Positions 38,005 to 50,962 of a stretch of 64,000 nt of DNA are shown here, piece by piece. The first letter of the stretch is position 1; every line of letters begins with the position of its first letter. The position numbers and the translations under genes are program-made. Source of the DNA: Balanoglossus misakiensis (Eukaryota; Animalia; Hemichordata); assembly GCA_040954595.2 (NCBI GenBank), contig CM082579.2, forward strand, positions 13,393,834 to 13,457,833, given 5' to 3'. The notes under the pieces are model-generated. The model was given only the letters and a program-made list of their open reading frames with translations. It ran no database searches and was not told the origin of the DNA.

Positions 38005-39416
38005 CATGGAGGTACTAGAGAGAAGGAGCGAGGACGGATTTTAAGCGGATTAACTCCCTTTCTTCTGAAGTGTGATAAGCTTCTTAAGTCTTTGTGTTTC
38101 TGTGTTGAAAGCGTCCTTTGAACCCACTGTGCGTTACCGCCGATTTTACAGTTAGGTTTGCAAGATCTACGGGGTAATATTTCTATGATATTAAAAACAC
38201 AATGCGCACATCGCGGACGAGCGTACTACATATGCGTGGTGACTTTTATTTACATCTAGGGGTGAAGTTTACGCATCACCACTACCGGAAACGTGTCAGG
38301 CGGACGTCTTGGAAGACTTGTGGCGTTATTTTTCTTCTTTGTACAACCAAAAAGCATGATTTTGAAATGTATATTTTGAGTTTTTCGCAAACTTCCGCAA
38401 AAAACAATAAGTTGTTAGGTTTTCTTTGAAAACCAATCTTCCCGATGCAAGTATTTTTGTTCGCGTGGGATGGTGTGGGATGCCCGATAGTCACCATTGT
38501 AATTGCTAGTGCAGAGACTTTCGGCACAGCAGTTTGGTCTGGTTGAATATGCTAAATGTAAATCATGGAGACACGCCGCCAGCTATAATTTGTTTATCTA
38601 CGCAAGCGCACAGCTTTTATGAACGCCTATCAGGTGATAAAAGGATGAGATCCTAATGATATCTGCAAACAGATTAAGACGCACATGGGGTTTATAGGAA
38701 ACAATAGCGTCCTCGCTCCTTCTATCTAGTACCTCCATAGTCTTGTTCTCACTAAAAGTTTTGACACCGGTGTAATGCCAGTGTTTACTCTCTGCAAACA
38801 CAGGGGATTAGTCCACAGAATCTCCGTGCGTCCACACACTAAACTTTTGGCCACTGTTTTGAAATAAACATCGTCTAAATGGCCATGTTTAGCAACACGG
38901 CAACTAACAAAATTGAGGACGTCGAGGACATTACAGCAACATGTTGCAGTTTCTATACCTGCATATGCGTTCTAGACGACTTTGTGACAGTTTTGATAAT
39001 GGAAAATGGAAAATGCCTCAGCTTTTCGGTGATCGAGAGAACCTTCCGAAAGTTGGTAGCAGACAGAAGTGTTGCAGACCATGCAAACTGCGAATGGTTT
39101 GAAAACCACTCACGTCCAGTGTGATTGACTTAACAATGGAAACTGACCAAAGACAATGGGCTATACCTAATAAACATACCCAAAAGTCACTGCAGGGTGG
39201 CGCTTTTGAACGGTGTTTGTTTATCTTTGCGTTCTCACTGACTATTTGCGTCGGAGCGCTGGCCCAGCACTGGCCCTGACCCGCCACCCATCGCCGTCGC
39301 AAATCAACACCGGCCCAACACCGGTGTAAAGCGTTCTCACTTGTTTTTTTCCGTCGGTGTCAAATCTACACCGCTGTAGCACCGGTGTAAACGTGCCAGT
39401 GAGAACGCCCTATATG
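38005..39416. mobile_element. P-element-like MITE with a nested Harbinger-like MITE
   Basis: 31-bp TIR ATGGAGGTACTAGA(G/T)AGAAGGAGCGAGGACG at 38006-38036 and 38708-38738. 7-bp direct repeat ATGTGTG at 37998-38004 and 39417-39423. Degenerate THAP-like translation on the minus strand (PNCCAESLCTSNY..W..VCEK). Confidence 0.65.
38740..39411. mobile_element. PIF/Harbinger-like MITE
   Basis: Ends GTCTTGTTCTCACT / AGTGAGAACGCCCT, repeated subterminal CACCGGTGTAA, and flanking ATA on both sides. Confidence 0.55.
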
Positions 39417-41227
39417 ATGTGTGGGCCGGCGTGGACCGAAACGGCGAGGTTTTGACGAAAATTCGGCAAAAAATGTCAAAAATCTCCCCGTTTCGGTCCT
39501 TAAATGTGCCCAAAGCTCATAACACATTCAGAAAACGACGTTTGCGAGCGAATGGACAGAAGTAAAATAGTCTATGGTATTGTATCGCGACAGACATGTG
39601 CATCGTGTGGGCGGTACGCGGTACATCCGATTCATGTTGTTTTAGTCGATGCCTTCATTTCCTGCCAACGTAATCGTCGGTGTAAGACTGCTTTTTACGG
39701 TAAACTGTACAATGAAGGTAAGTTCTTATCAGCTATTTTCGGATTGCATGTGATGCGAGTTTCGTTCGGTACGTGTGATCGATAGTATGGCATGCAGAGG
39801 ACGGCCTAAGTATAATCTCATTCTGGGTCATAGCAGTGGTGTTTTCTGGCAATTTTTGTCTGACATTTTGCGGGCAATTTTCTGATCGACACGGAAAAAG
39901 AGCCCGTAAAAAGGAAAAGTACAATTAGCCAGAAAACACCACAGCTGCAGCTATGGACCCACGCCACGCACAGTCTGACTTGGGCGGGAAAAACTTGTTT
40001 GTAGCATTTTCCTGTGCAACTAGGCCATATGTTAATTACTTGTTTGTTAAGTCTTGTAACACTCCTTTGTCTCAATTTATTGTGTAGCACACTGTTTCCA
40101 GTCTCCTTGTATTAACAAAGTGCCGGTGCAGGTGGTGTTTACAATGTGAGATTTGAACACTGCCAGGTTGGGGGTTGAAACCAAAGGGTCCCATTATTTT
40201 GGGAGAAGTGGTTCAACAACATTGTCAAGAAATGTGCATTTTTATGAGTGACAAATATAGATGATTGCCTTTCCATCAAAATTCAAAACTACATAGTTAT
40301 TGTTTATTAACATCAAGCAGAAAATTGAAAGTCTCAGCCACAGCTACAAGATTGGTTGTGGCCACAGCCTGAACACAGACATACAAATGCCATGCATTTG
40401 GTACTAAATTTTGGTAGCAAATGACAAGGAAAGAACATCTGATTTGGAAGTAAATTATACAATGCAAACATTTGGAAAAATTATTTACAGTAAATTAAAC
40501 CACAACAAAATGAACTTAAATTCACCAAAGTTAACAATATCTTGTATATTTACTCTGCATCAGAAGTCACAAAAATCTCCATGTCATTAGAAAAATATGC
40601 CATATTTCTGAATGTACGTGTAGTGTACAAAATATATCCACACTGAGTAATCAAATTGCATGCACATACAGCTGGAAATACTTCACCTCTCAGTTATAAT
40701 CAATATTCCAGCGTTTCAAAAAATGTGTTGCCATTTTTGTTTGTTTGTACAATTTCAATATACGTTTATTTCTCTTGTAATCTTCCAAATTTGGTGCACA
40801 ACCCCAATGATTTATGCAATATTCTTGTTCCCACTCTTTGATTGACAGCTTGGCTATGCTGTATGATTTCATCAGCTTTGTTCCTACTTCACCTTAGCTT
40901 CTATATATTCATTTATTAACTTCTTATCATTGGGAAGGGCCTTCAAAGAATTATTCGACTTCTTTTGTCTCTCCAAGGACAAATATCAGACTGTCCATCG
41001 TGGTTGAAGAAGTATCACTAACTTTACTCTGAGATTGATGACTCTTCATGTGTGGCTGTTATCTTTGCTGTTGATTTGGCAACTTCTTTGATACTTGACT
41101 TGCCTGAATGCAAACAAGAAAACAACATTAAGGTTTAACAGCAATAATAATGAGTTTTTCTTAAAGCAATATCCTTTTGGGCCACTTAAACTGACCTGGG
41201 GTTCCGCAAGGTCAACATGAAATATTG

Positions 41228-41663
41228 AACACCTATTGCCTGGCCATGAGGGCCATAGCGGCCGTTTATTACACCCGAGGGGCTGTGAGTTACCAGAATC
41301 ATATGCGGCCGAGGGAAATAGCATATGATTCTGGTAACTCACAGTCACGAGGGGGTAAAAACGGCTGCTATGGCCCGAATATAGGCCAGGCTATAGGTGT
41401 TTTATAATAAACCTCATGCTAACAGCTGGGAAAATCTTGCAATTTTTTCTTGAGGCTGGCAGACGACATCTTCAGTGGTGGCCATTGTGTCAGACGACGC
41501 GACGCTGATTGACGTGACCGAGTCTGCGCACTCACGCGGGTCACGTGACCGGTTTATATTTTTTCTGCTATTTCCCTAGCGGTTCATAGTCGATTCTATT
41601 TTCCTATCACGTGACGGATTCTGGCGAATCACGGCACAGTATTAGCATGAGGTATATTATAAA
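41228..41663. mobile_element. Hairpin + short-TIR non-autonomous element (Crypton-like architecture) in an intron
   Basis: ~80-bp inverted arms (..CTGTGAGTTACCAGAATCATATGC / GCATATGATTCTGGTAACTCACAG..), then TTATAATAAACCTCATGCTAA ... TTAGCATGAGGTATATTATAA. Confidence 0.65.
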
Positions 41664-42988
41664 TGTACATATATGTGGGTGTGTCATGTTTCATATCTTT
41701 TCCCGTTCACACACATTTATCTTTCCTTTCTAAAATAAAATTGAAATGACTATCTCCTGCACTGTGACATAACTATGTGCTTGGAATGTGGGCTTGCAGA
41801 TTTATTTGGGGATGGTGGGGGGGGGGGGGAAATAAGAATGAGTGGAACCTTGAAATGAACAATCCCATACATGGTAACTTCACTATAGTAATAGTTACCT
41901 TCTTGAGTGCAGCAATTTTCCATACCATTGACTTCCATCCTTTCTGCTTCAACTGTCTCCTCAGTGTGCTCTATTTCCAAATCACAGTCTGTCATGTTGA
42001 TGTCTTCCCCTGTACTATGCTGTGTCTGTCTTGTATCTTCTATTGGTATACTGCAACGGGTCTCCTCAGCATTGCTACCATGTAATGTTATGTTCCTTTC
42101 AGGTACACTTGTCGGCTCGATGTCATTCATGTCCATGGTGATATCAGGGGCAAGTATATCATCTTCTACTGAGAGGATGTGTTCATGGGAACCAGGATCA
42201 ATCAACAAGTCATGGTCATCATCATCTACACCAATTGGATGCTCTGGAATTTCCTCGGATTCTATAAGGTAGTATAAAATATTGACATTTTTTGTAGTGC
42301 TTGTATTATATAGTGTTATTTCAAAATTTATTACTGTTATAGACTAATCATAATTAAAAAATAATTTCAAACGTTCATTTAACTAAGCCGTTCCAGCCAG
42401 TATTTATGTCACTCAATTTTGCTAAATCAGGCGAGAAGCAACACATTTCGCCCATTAGATATACTTTCATTGAATTCATGTGGTATTGAAAGTTGAACAT
42501 GGCTGGGTATATATAGGTCAATTAATTTTGACAGGCTGAAGTGAAAGAAATTCATATTTTTGAAAGTAATGTTTCCCCCAAAATTATATGCATACTGATG
42601 AAGTCACTTATTTGGTTTGACTGTGATGTAATATGCTCTTACGTCTGCTATCATCTTGAAAGCCTGTGACAGTGAGGCTACCACTTCTTTCACCATTGCT
42701 GTCATAGAGCTTTATCTTGTGGATTGGTAAAGCAATTGCTTCACTTCTTACTCTGTCCACACAATCTTACCAACACCTGTTGATATCACATTGTACCTTT
42801 TGCAGAGATTATGACCGGAAATGATGCAGATGAGGTCCTGGTTCCTATAGAAATAAACAGGTAAGGAGATTGATCAAACATTCTTTATATAACAGTTTAC
42901 ACACAACACCAATGGCTAATGTAAGTACTATAATCTTGGACAATTTTTACAATATAATTTTCCAAAATAAATAAGGATTTGCATGCTG

Positions 42989-43335
42989 TTAAAGGGACAA
43001 AGTCTCTCTCTCTCGCTGCCCTTTTCCCATTAATATTATGTTTCATTCAAGACACTGTTTATGTTAATGTACATGTGGATATATACTGAATGAACATTCA
43101 ACCACACACACCTTCCATCCCGCTTGTAGACACAAGAGTGAAAAACCTTGCCAAAATGAACAATCGGTCTCTACCATTTATTCATTTTGGGCGAGTTTTT
43201 ACTCTCATATACAAGCATGGTGGAACTTGTGTGTGGTTGAACGTTCATTCACTACATATACACATGTACATTAACATAAATGGTGTTTTGTATCAAACAC
43301 AAAAAGAAAAAGGGCAGCGAGTGAGAGACCTTTTT
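42989..43335. mobile_element. Palindromic MITE (TTAA-AGGGAC family), nearly complete
   Basis: Whole element is an imperfect inverted repeat centred on AAAATGAACAATCGGTCTCTACCATTTATTCATTTTG. Starts TTAAAGGGACAAAG. Confidence 0.7.
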
Positions 43336-46300
43336 AGAAAGCCATAAAACATGTGGGATATCCGAGAATAGTTCTATTATTTGTAAAAATGGAGGTTGCT
43401 CGTCACAAAAAATAACAGAACCTGCTTGACAAAAAAGTTCCATGAAAAAGACAGGGCATGTATAGATGTAATTTTTGATGCTTTGATACTATATTTTAGA
43501 TTAGTTTTTCCTGTCCCAAAACACCATGCAATCTGTTGTATTATGTCTGCATATAATCAACAGTAATTGTTATTGAAAAGAAATAAAAGTGTGAGTTAAA
43601 ATATTTGGGACTAAATTGCACTGCAGATACCTTGAAATCATCCTGGGTATCAGAGTTAAAAACTCTATTGCTTCCTCATGTCTCTGCCACAATGCACCTT
43701 CTCTTGGCAGCAAGAAATCTGCAATCCTTTCATAGTGGCTTTGCAGTAGTGTTGGTCGTCGCAGTATTTCGTCCTCAGGGATTACTGTATTCTGACGTTT
43801 TGGGAGCTGCTTTCCAATTTTGCTAATTTCAGATTCTATAATTTGTGATGGATCTCTTTCTTTTGTCATCTCTTCTTCTGCACCTAGACGTATCAAGGCA
43901 TTACCTATGATACCACCTGGACGCTTGGAGGAAGTTGTTTTCGTCACTCTCCGTATTCGATTGAAAACTCGCTCCTGGTTTTCAGCATTTGTTGACCTCA
44001 GAGAAACCAATCTCAGTTGATCAGGTAGATGGACGGTGATGTTATGGAAATACCGCCCGAACATCTTTCGTTTGGTAAGTTTCTTTGGCTTCTCAAATAC
44101 CCTTTTGCACAATATTCCATGCAAAAATACAGTGTTATACAATCGCAGAATCAGTCGTGGGCATCTGTCATTGTCATGTTTATAAGCAGTTTCGCTTATT
44201 TCAGCAAGCGTGTCAATAAGCTGACCATGCTCAGTATTTATGTTGTTCTCGTGAAGATACTGGGACACCAGAAGGATAGCTTTGCGTGCATCGCATCCCC
44301 GAATTTCGTCTTTACCACCATATGTTGCCTGAATAAAGTTCTGTAACTTTACTGCTTCTTCTTTATCCTTGGTTTGTGCTGGAATTTCTTCTAACACATT
44401 GTGGATGTGTCCCTTCAGGTCACGGAGTGGCTCTGATGGCAAAATTTCATATGCAGAGCAGTTTATTTCAGCAAGATTATATTCTGGAGTGAGATGGAGC
44501 AGTGCTGGTACTCTCTGCATACCATGTAAAATTTCAGAGAGTTTAGATTGTAAGTCTGGCTTCTTTAATCCTTCAGTTTCTTCACCCCTAGCATCAAGCT
44601 CTCTCCTAAGGTCGGCCACTGTTAAGTTGGCAAATGGATGGGGAGTTTGCCGTGACTTTTCTCTCCATATTGGGCTGCCCTTGATTAACAAGTTACGTTT
44701 CTCATCTATTGACAGATATTTCAGATGGTAACATGCAGACAGATCATCATGTCTTCTTGACTCTATTCCACAGATGCACTGGTAGTGACCTCCTTTCTGG
44801 TGCTAATCCTCAAACTCCTGTGCCGGTCCATCGCCATGAAAAAATCGGTGGACATCTGTGTATTCCCTGGAACCTTCGTCGGATGTTATTGGTCCTGTTG
44901 CACATTTTAGATCTTCTACTCTGGTTTCAACATATGACAGCTGATCAACGTCATTGGAGTTGGATCGTCCCATTATATATAGATGTGGCTTCTCAACAAG
45001 CGAGTCAACGTTTACTTTTTTCCGTGTTTCTCCAAGTACTCCTCATTTGTCAGATATGTTGCCGCGTCGTATATCCAGCTCACCATGAAGACAATGTGGG
45101 AATGGTTGCCTACAGTACTGTGGTCATGCCATATTTTGAAGTGCCGTGAGTGATGTAGTCTTTTTAATTTACTGCGCATTTCATCGATGGTTTCTCCTTC
45201 TTTCAACTCGTGTATTCTTTGTAGCTCATCCCTTATTTCTTTTTCTTCTAGGTTTTGGTAATGACCGTCGTCATACCCATACACATGGCTTCTCAGAACA
45301 CCAAGCTTAATTTGTCTGTCAAGCTCTCGTTTTCGGATTGTCTGTAAGTTTATTTTTCTAGCGTAGATTGTATAAGTTTCTTCTTTTAATTTGCCATCTT
45401 TTCCAATGGTCATCTTTTGGAACTCTTTTGGTGCTATTAATTCACCGATGTCGATTTCGCCACTTCTTATTTTTGTTTTCAATATTTCTTGCAGGGCTCT
45501 TGCTGGTCGGTGTTGAGGAAGTGACACCTCCCCCAAGACCTTTCAATGTTTTACGGTGTACTCTTCTGACAAAATCTCGACCTTGAACCTTCTTATTGAT
45601 ATTGAACTTGTCAGTGTCGATGCCAGCTGAGGTTGCGTACTCTTTCAGTATTTGGCCACCATTTGCAGCTGTTAGCCCGTACTTTCTCGCAAGGCTACTC
45701 CAGTTGACCTTGCCAGCATCATAATTGGAAAGTTCACTTACAAATGAGCTTTTGTCCCATTCAACAGACTCTGTTTTTACAACATGGTCTTTTGGTGTCA
45801 GCTTGTTGAGGGATTCTAGTTGTAGACGGCGATTTACTCGCTTCTTGGCAGAATCGGTAGACTCAAAGTCAACAGACCGTCAACATGATTCGTAGCAAGC
45901 AAATGACTGACCGGATCCTAGGATTGTTTTTAAATCTCCGTCATTTTTAGCGTGGGATTTTTCGATGCTTTGCTTGACATTAGTATAAAGTGCTCGTCTG
46001 TCTTTCTTTTTCTGTTCTTTGCTGATTTTTGTCTGTAGCTTGAACCCCGGAACTTTGAGAAGCGCTTCACTGAAAGGTGTTGAGTACACTTTATTGTATG
46101 ACTCCTCTACTCGCTGATATAGCTGTCCGGCAGTTCTTACGGCAGATTTAAGAGGGACAGTCAGCTTTGTCTCATGTGGATTTTGTAGTTGTTGCATCTC
46201 TCCCATTGCATCTTCAATTACCCCAACAGTCGAGAAGGGAAGACTTTTGATATGTTTCTGATAGTACTTGTTCAAAAGCAGAACATCAACATTGCTACTT

Positions 46301-49300
46301 TGGCACTCTTGACAGTCAAGTGCTGTGTGTAGGAATTGCCTTGATAAAGGCAGTTTTTGCCAACTAGTTGCAGAAAAATGCTGTAGAAATACTGACATTT
46401 TTCCTGGAATTCAACCATTGAACTGAAGCACTTAGTGTTTTCTCAAATCGTGGCAGTTTAAATTTAAACTGGTAACTTGCATATTTCTGCTGTTAGACAT
46501 GATATCCTGATATTTGGCATACCTTTGTCCAATGGATATGTTGTAAACAGGCATAAATCTTGATGTATTTTCAGCCTTTTCCTGAGTAGACTTTTCGGAA
46601 TTAGAAAGCTCTTTTGTTGCTCTTGCAGCTATGGCCATAAAATAACCACAGAATGCCATGATGACATGCCAACTGAACAAGTGCATACCTCCAAATAACA
46701 GCTGAAGGGATCATCTGCTGCAATTTGAATATGGCGCCAATTTTACATGAACAAAGGAAAAGTTGAACTTTGACCTTTCAAGACGCACTATTTTGATGGG
46801 GTAAAATGAAAACCATGTACTCACCAGATTGAAGTTGAAATAAAGGTTTATTTCCCTCATATAATGTTGTCATGGCTTGTTAAATAAGTGAATGAGTGAC
46901 AGTAATTACTACTTGTGGCTAAAAATCATCCCAAACTGATTGGGAATTATGTATGTTCACGATTGTCTGAACTGTAGCGACACTAAAATGATCTTGAACG
47001 CGGGCGGGCGCTAATGGTAGCGTCCATGTCAGTTGCTAGGATACGCGTATACGATCAGCTGATTTTACCCACAATGCATCACGCCAACTAAGGCATTACG
47101 TAATGGCACCCCTGGACGAGCGTCCCAGGGTAAGGATAATTTACGAGGCGGAAAATACGAAAAATCCACCGCTAAACAGCTTTATTTTCTGACACCTCTG
47201 GTCGTAATCGAAGGTTAACATGTTCGCCCATTTCAAGATTACGATACTGTGTTTGAAAACGAAGTTAATGATTCAGCATAACCCTATAAATGTTGGAATT
47301 TTGGCTGCCGGTCAATGGGTAGTCGATAATCTACATCGTCAAAATATTATGGCAGCGAAATACACTACAGTATGAGTCCTATCAGAGAAAGTTGACGGGT
47401 CATAAGGTGAAACTAAAAAATAATAATGGGATTGTGAGCATCTAGCGGTGGATTTTTGGCCTTCTTTTAAGAATATCATTTTCGACCCCCAAAATGCCAC
47501 TATTTGTGACATGATAATAGTTTTGGAGGTTTTCTCGGAAATGTCTCATTTTATTTGCTTGTCTTGAACATGAATTACATCAACTGATTGGCTGGTGTGG
47601 TTACAATTGTTTATTATGCTCGATTAACGTATTCAGTCTGTCGATAGAGGGCGCCCACGCCTTAACGTACACGAGAATGGCGTTCCACCGGAAGTATCAC
47701 CATGGTTGCCTACTTACTTCACAATTTCATTTTTATAGATCGATCGCCAAAAATTGAGATTATCCGAATTATTTTATACGTAATCATAATTTACGCGTAC
47801 AAGTGTCGTTTGTTGTTCCGAACGTATGTTCCACACGTATGCCACGTCACGTGACAAGGACGTTAGCCAATCACATGAAGCAACATCTGCATGATACTAT
47901 CGAATCAGAGCGCGAGCTCAAACGGATTAGGAGAGACATCTTGACCGCGTCTCTGAAAAGCCAAAGGTCATTGTTTAAATGATAAAAAGGATTTAGCAAA
48001 GTTCACATCAAAATAGAGGAAAAATATGCACCTATCTATTATGTTGTTGATTGATTCATTCCAAGGTGTACATTAAGAACTGTCCCTCATTTGACTTAAT
48101 AATCCAAATTACACAAACAATAAACGCATAAATTTTATTGTTATTAATGAAAATACTGGTAGAGTTGATAAGCTGAATACTGGACATTTAAGCATATCTC
48201 AATTTGCAAATATAGAACTGGAAGTGAACATAGTATCAATACCCAAACAACATGAAAATCACGCACCCTTTTTTAAAACTCTAGACCAAGGTAAAATAAT
48301 TGCCTGAACATTTTTCATCAGATCCCTTCTATATTTCCAAACACTTCTTGAACACAAATCCAAAATCCAATGGTCACATAATCTAATCCAAACACACCCT
48401 TCAAATAAATCTATGTCATATAATCCAATCAAAGCACATATTTCAAATACATTTACATCCAACAATTGTGGAATTGGAAAATGTGGAATTGAAAGTCTCT
48501 AGAGCTGCCACTTTTTAGCATTAATTTCCAACTTAAATTAGTCCATCTAAATAAGCTTACTTAGGTATACATGAACACCTTATCGATGCCCGATTATGAC
48601 TGCATGTTGCAATTTGAACACTTTTGTATTAAAACGGTGCCGCACCTATTTCATCAGCCTCCATACAAACAGTACGCAGCTATCGTGGTTTGCGTCGCCA
48701 AAAGATGACAAACTGATGCAAATGCGAGTAATATGGCTTAAGTTGAGGATTTAGAGGATAGGGAATATATTTGAAGTATTTTATTGTTGAAAAATGTGAA
48801 ATTTGGCAGCTATACAGGCTTTAATAGACAGGCATTGAAATGACTTTACAAACACATTTTTCTTGAATGTTTAAGACAGACAGAATCAACCCACAGTCAG
48901 CCTCAAATATATAAACTATTACAAAATGTTAATTAAATGGAAAATTTTGAAAAAATTTGCTTGGCCACTCATTTGATTGCATTTTTTCCATTTCATATTT
49001 TAGGCATGGTATATCAATATAATTTGTTGTGTTGTGTATATATTATGCTTGAAAACCAATTGACGGAAATATTAATTTAGAATAATGGTTATATTTTGAG
49101 AAATCACAAAGATTTCTACATCACTCCCACATCATTGGTTGCTTAGCAACAGACATTCACCCTCCAAGCAAATTAATATCCTTTGAGAAGTATCATGTGG
49201 AGAGGATCATGCAGTCACATAATCTTTGATTTGTACCATCCACCATTTCATTGTAGGCTTTATCATAAAGGTGTTGTTTGGATTTCTGGCAGTTTGTAAG

Positions 49301-50029
49301 GTGATATGAGAAATGCATTCCTTTCTGGCAAAAGACAACAACGTGTACTGCAAATTAATAGCTGGAATCATGATGATGATGATGATGATAATAAATATTA
49401 TTTTGTTAAAAACAATATTTTGAAAATAACTGTAAAAGAGATCGCCCACCGTCTCTCTCATATACAGGAGTGACGTCGTAAAGACACACAGCTCTGCCCA
49501 GCATAGCTCTGGACTTATACGCTGTTTGGGTCAACGCTGCTCTCCCTCCCCACAGCTATGGAGCCATCCATAGGAAAATCCGTTGGGTGCGGAGCAAGAT
49601 GATACGCACCGATTTTCAAACAATAAACTACATGAACATGTACATAATGATGTCAGAAATAAAGATCGAACGAAAATTTCACAAATGGGAACCTACTTGA
49701 CGTGTTTGTCGCCGAATCGTAAACGTCGTTAATGCAGCGCCGTAAAACTGGTGACCCTCCCATACAAACATGGACGTTCGCCTTCATTTAAGTCATGTGA
49801 TCAACACGTGACACGTGTTTTACTATGCCAAACAGAGCTACATGGTGCCTGCAATCTGCATGTGGCTAAAACGGCACATATTCTAAGTTGTGCGTTTAAT
49901 GTATCAGTAGAACAATACCTTCATTTTGCAGCTGTGTTGTTTTCATGTTCGCGGAAAACTTCTTTGCCACCATCGGTTTAAAACTATGAAAGCCAGTTGG
50001 GGACATGTACATACGCAATAAATAAAAAA

Positions 50030-50523
50030 TTATCTCGAGATCTCGAGATAATTCCATTCGTTTTCCTGACTTTTTATTTTTTTATCTCGAGATCTCGAGA
50101 TAATTCAAGTTCGTTTTCCTGACTTTTTATTTTTATATCTCGAGATCTCGAGATAATTCCATTCGTTTTCCCGACTTTTTATTTTTTTATCTCGAGATCT
50201 CGAGATAATTCAAGTTCGCTTTCCTGACTTTTTATTTTTTTATCTCGAGATCTCGAGATAATGCTATTCGTTTTCCCGACTTTTTATTTTTTTATCTCGA
50301 GATCTCGAGATAATTCAAGTTCGTTTTCCTGACTTTTTATTTTTTTATCTCGAGATCTCGAGATAATGCTATTCGTTTTCCCGACTTTTTATTTTTTTAT
50401 CTCGAGATCTCGAGATAATTCAAGTTCGTTTTCCTGACTTTTTATTTTTTTATCTCGAGATCTCGAGATAATGCTATTCGTTTTCCCGACTTTTTATTTT
50501 TTTATCTCGAGATTTCGAGATAA
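50030..50523. repeat. Left subterminal tandem array, 52/53-bp units, 10 palindromic cores
   Basis: Core TTATCTCGAGATCTCGAGATAA is a perfect 22-bp palindrome; two cores carry single substitutions. Confidence 0.95.
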
Positions 50524-50962
50524 TTCTCTCGAAAGAGGGCGGTGTGTTGGTAGGGAGACTGTCCAGAGAGGACCATGCATTGATATCGGTCCAGAGAGGG
50601 ACATGCATCGATATCGGTACGGAGAATTGGCAAGCAAGCACTCAGTGTATTCAATGGTAGGAGTGATCGTCGGTTTCAGAGCTGCATGCTGCATCGTATC
50701 ATCAGACTGAGTGCATGAGTCTTGGTAATTAGTTGACATTTCAACTTCGTAATATTTATAATTACTAGTTATACGTACTGGGACAAATTACCGAAGTCTT
50801 GGCCTGAGATTACTTTCCAAGTTTGCAAGAAAACTGACTCAGTGGTAAAGTTACTAAACAATTGGTTTCAATATTATACTTTATTCATTATCATTATACG
50901 ATAATTCCTTTTATCTAATGCGACAATTAACATTCCTCCTCTATCGAACAGATAACGTCACC

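Larger units (their letters stand above)
40690..46554 (-). pseudogene. RAG1/Transib-core-like DDE transposase with inserted SAP motif, degenerate and spliced at the 3' end
   Basis: Fragments in order: IWHDHS (D1), RFFHGDGPAQEFE..GGHYQCIC (D2 + Cys pair), SAP-like LTVADLRRELDARG..GLKKPDL, EPLRDLKGHI, YFHNITVH, NAENQERVFNRIRR (E). Further exons at ~42845-42680 (GPHLHHFRS), ~42260-41880 (acidic) and ~41105-40690 (IKEWEQEY..P..ED..LKRWNI). Many stops and frameshifts. Confidence 0.7.

Noticed and set aside
28061-40030. Possible TIR pair for the Kolobok element (ATGGTCTAGCTGCACA at ~28063 versus TGTGCAACTAGGCCAT at ~40013)
   Set aside because: Short and mismatched, with no TTAA TSD on both sides; could be chance.
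47161-47457. 14-bp inverted repeat AAAATCCACCGCTA as a terminus of the RAG1-like element
   Set aside because: Both copies lie on the same side of the gene and no partner was seen downstream.
50030-50523. CRISPR-like array of palindromic repeats
   Set aside because: Spacers are near-identical rather than unique, the array is mirrored at the other TIR, the context is eukaryotic, and no cas genes are present.
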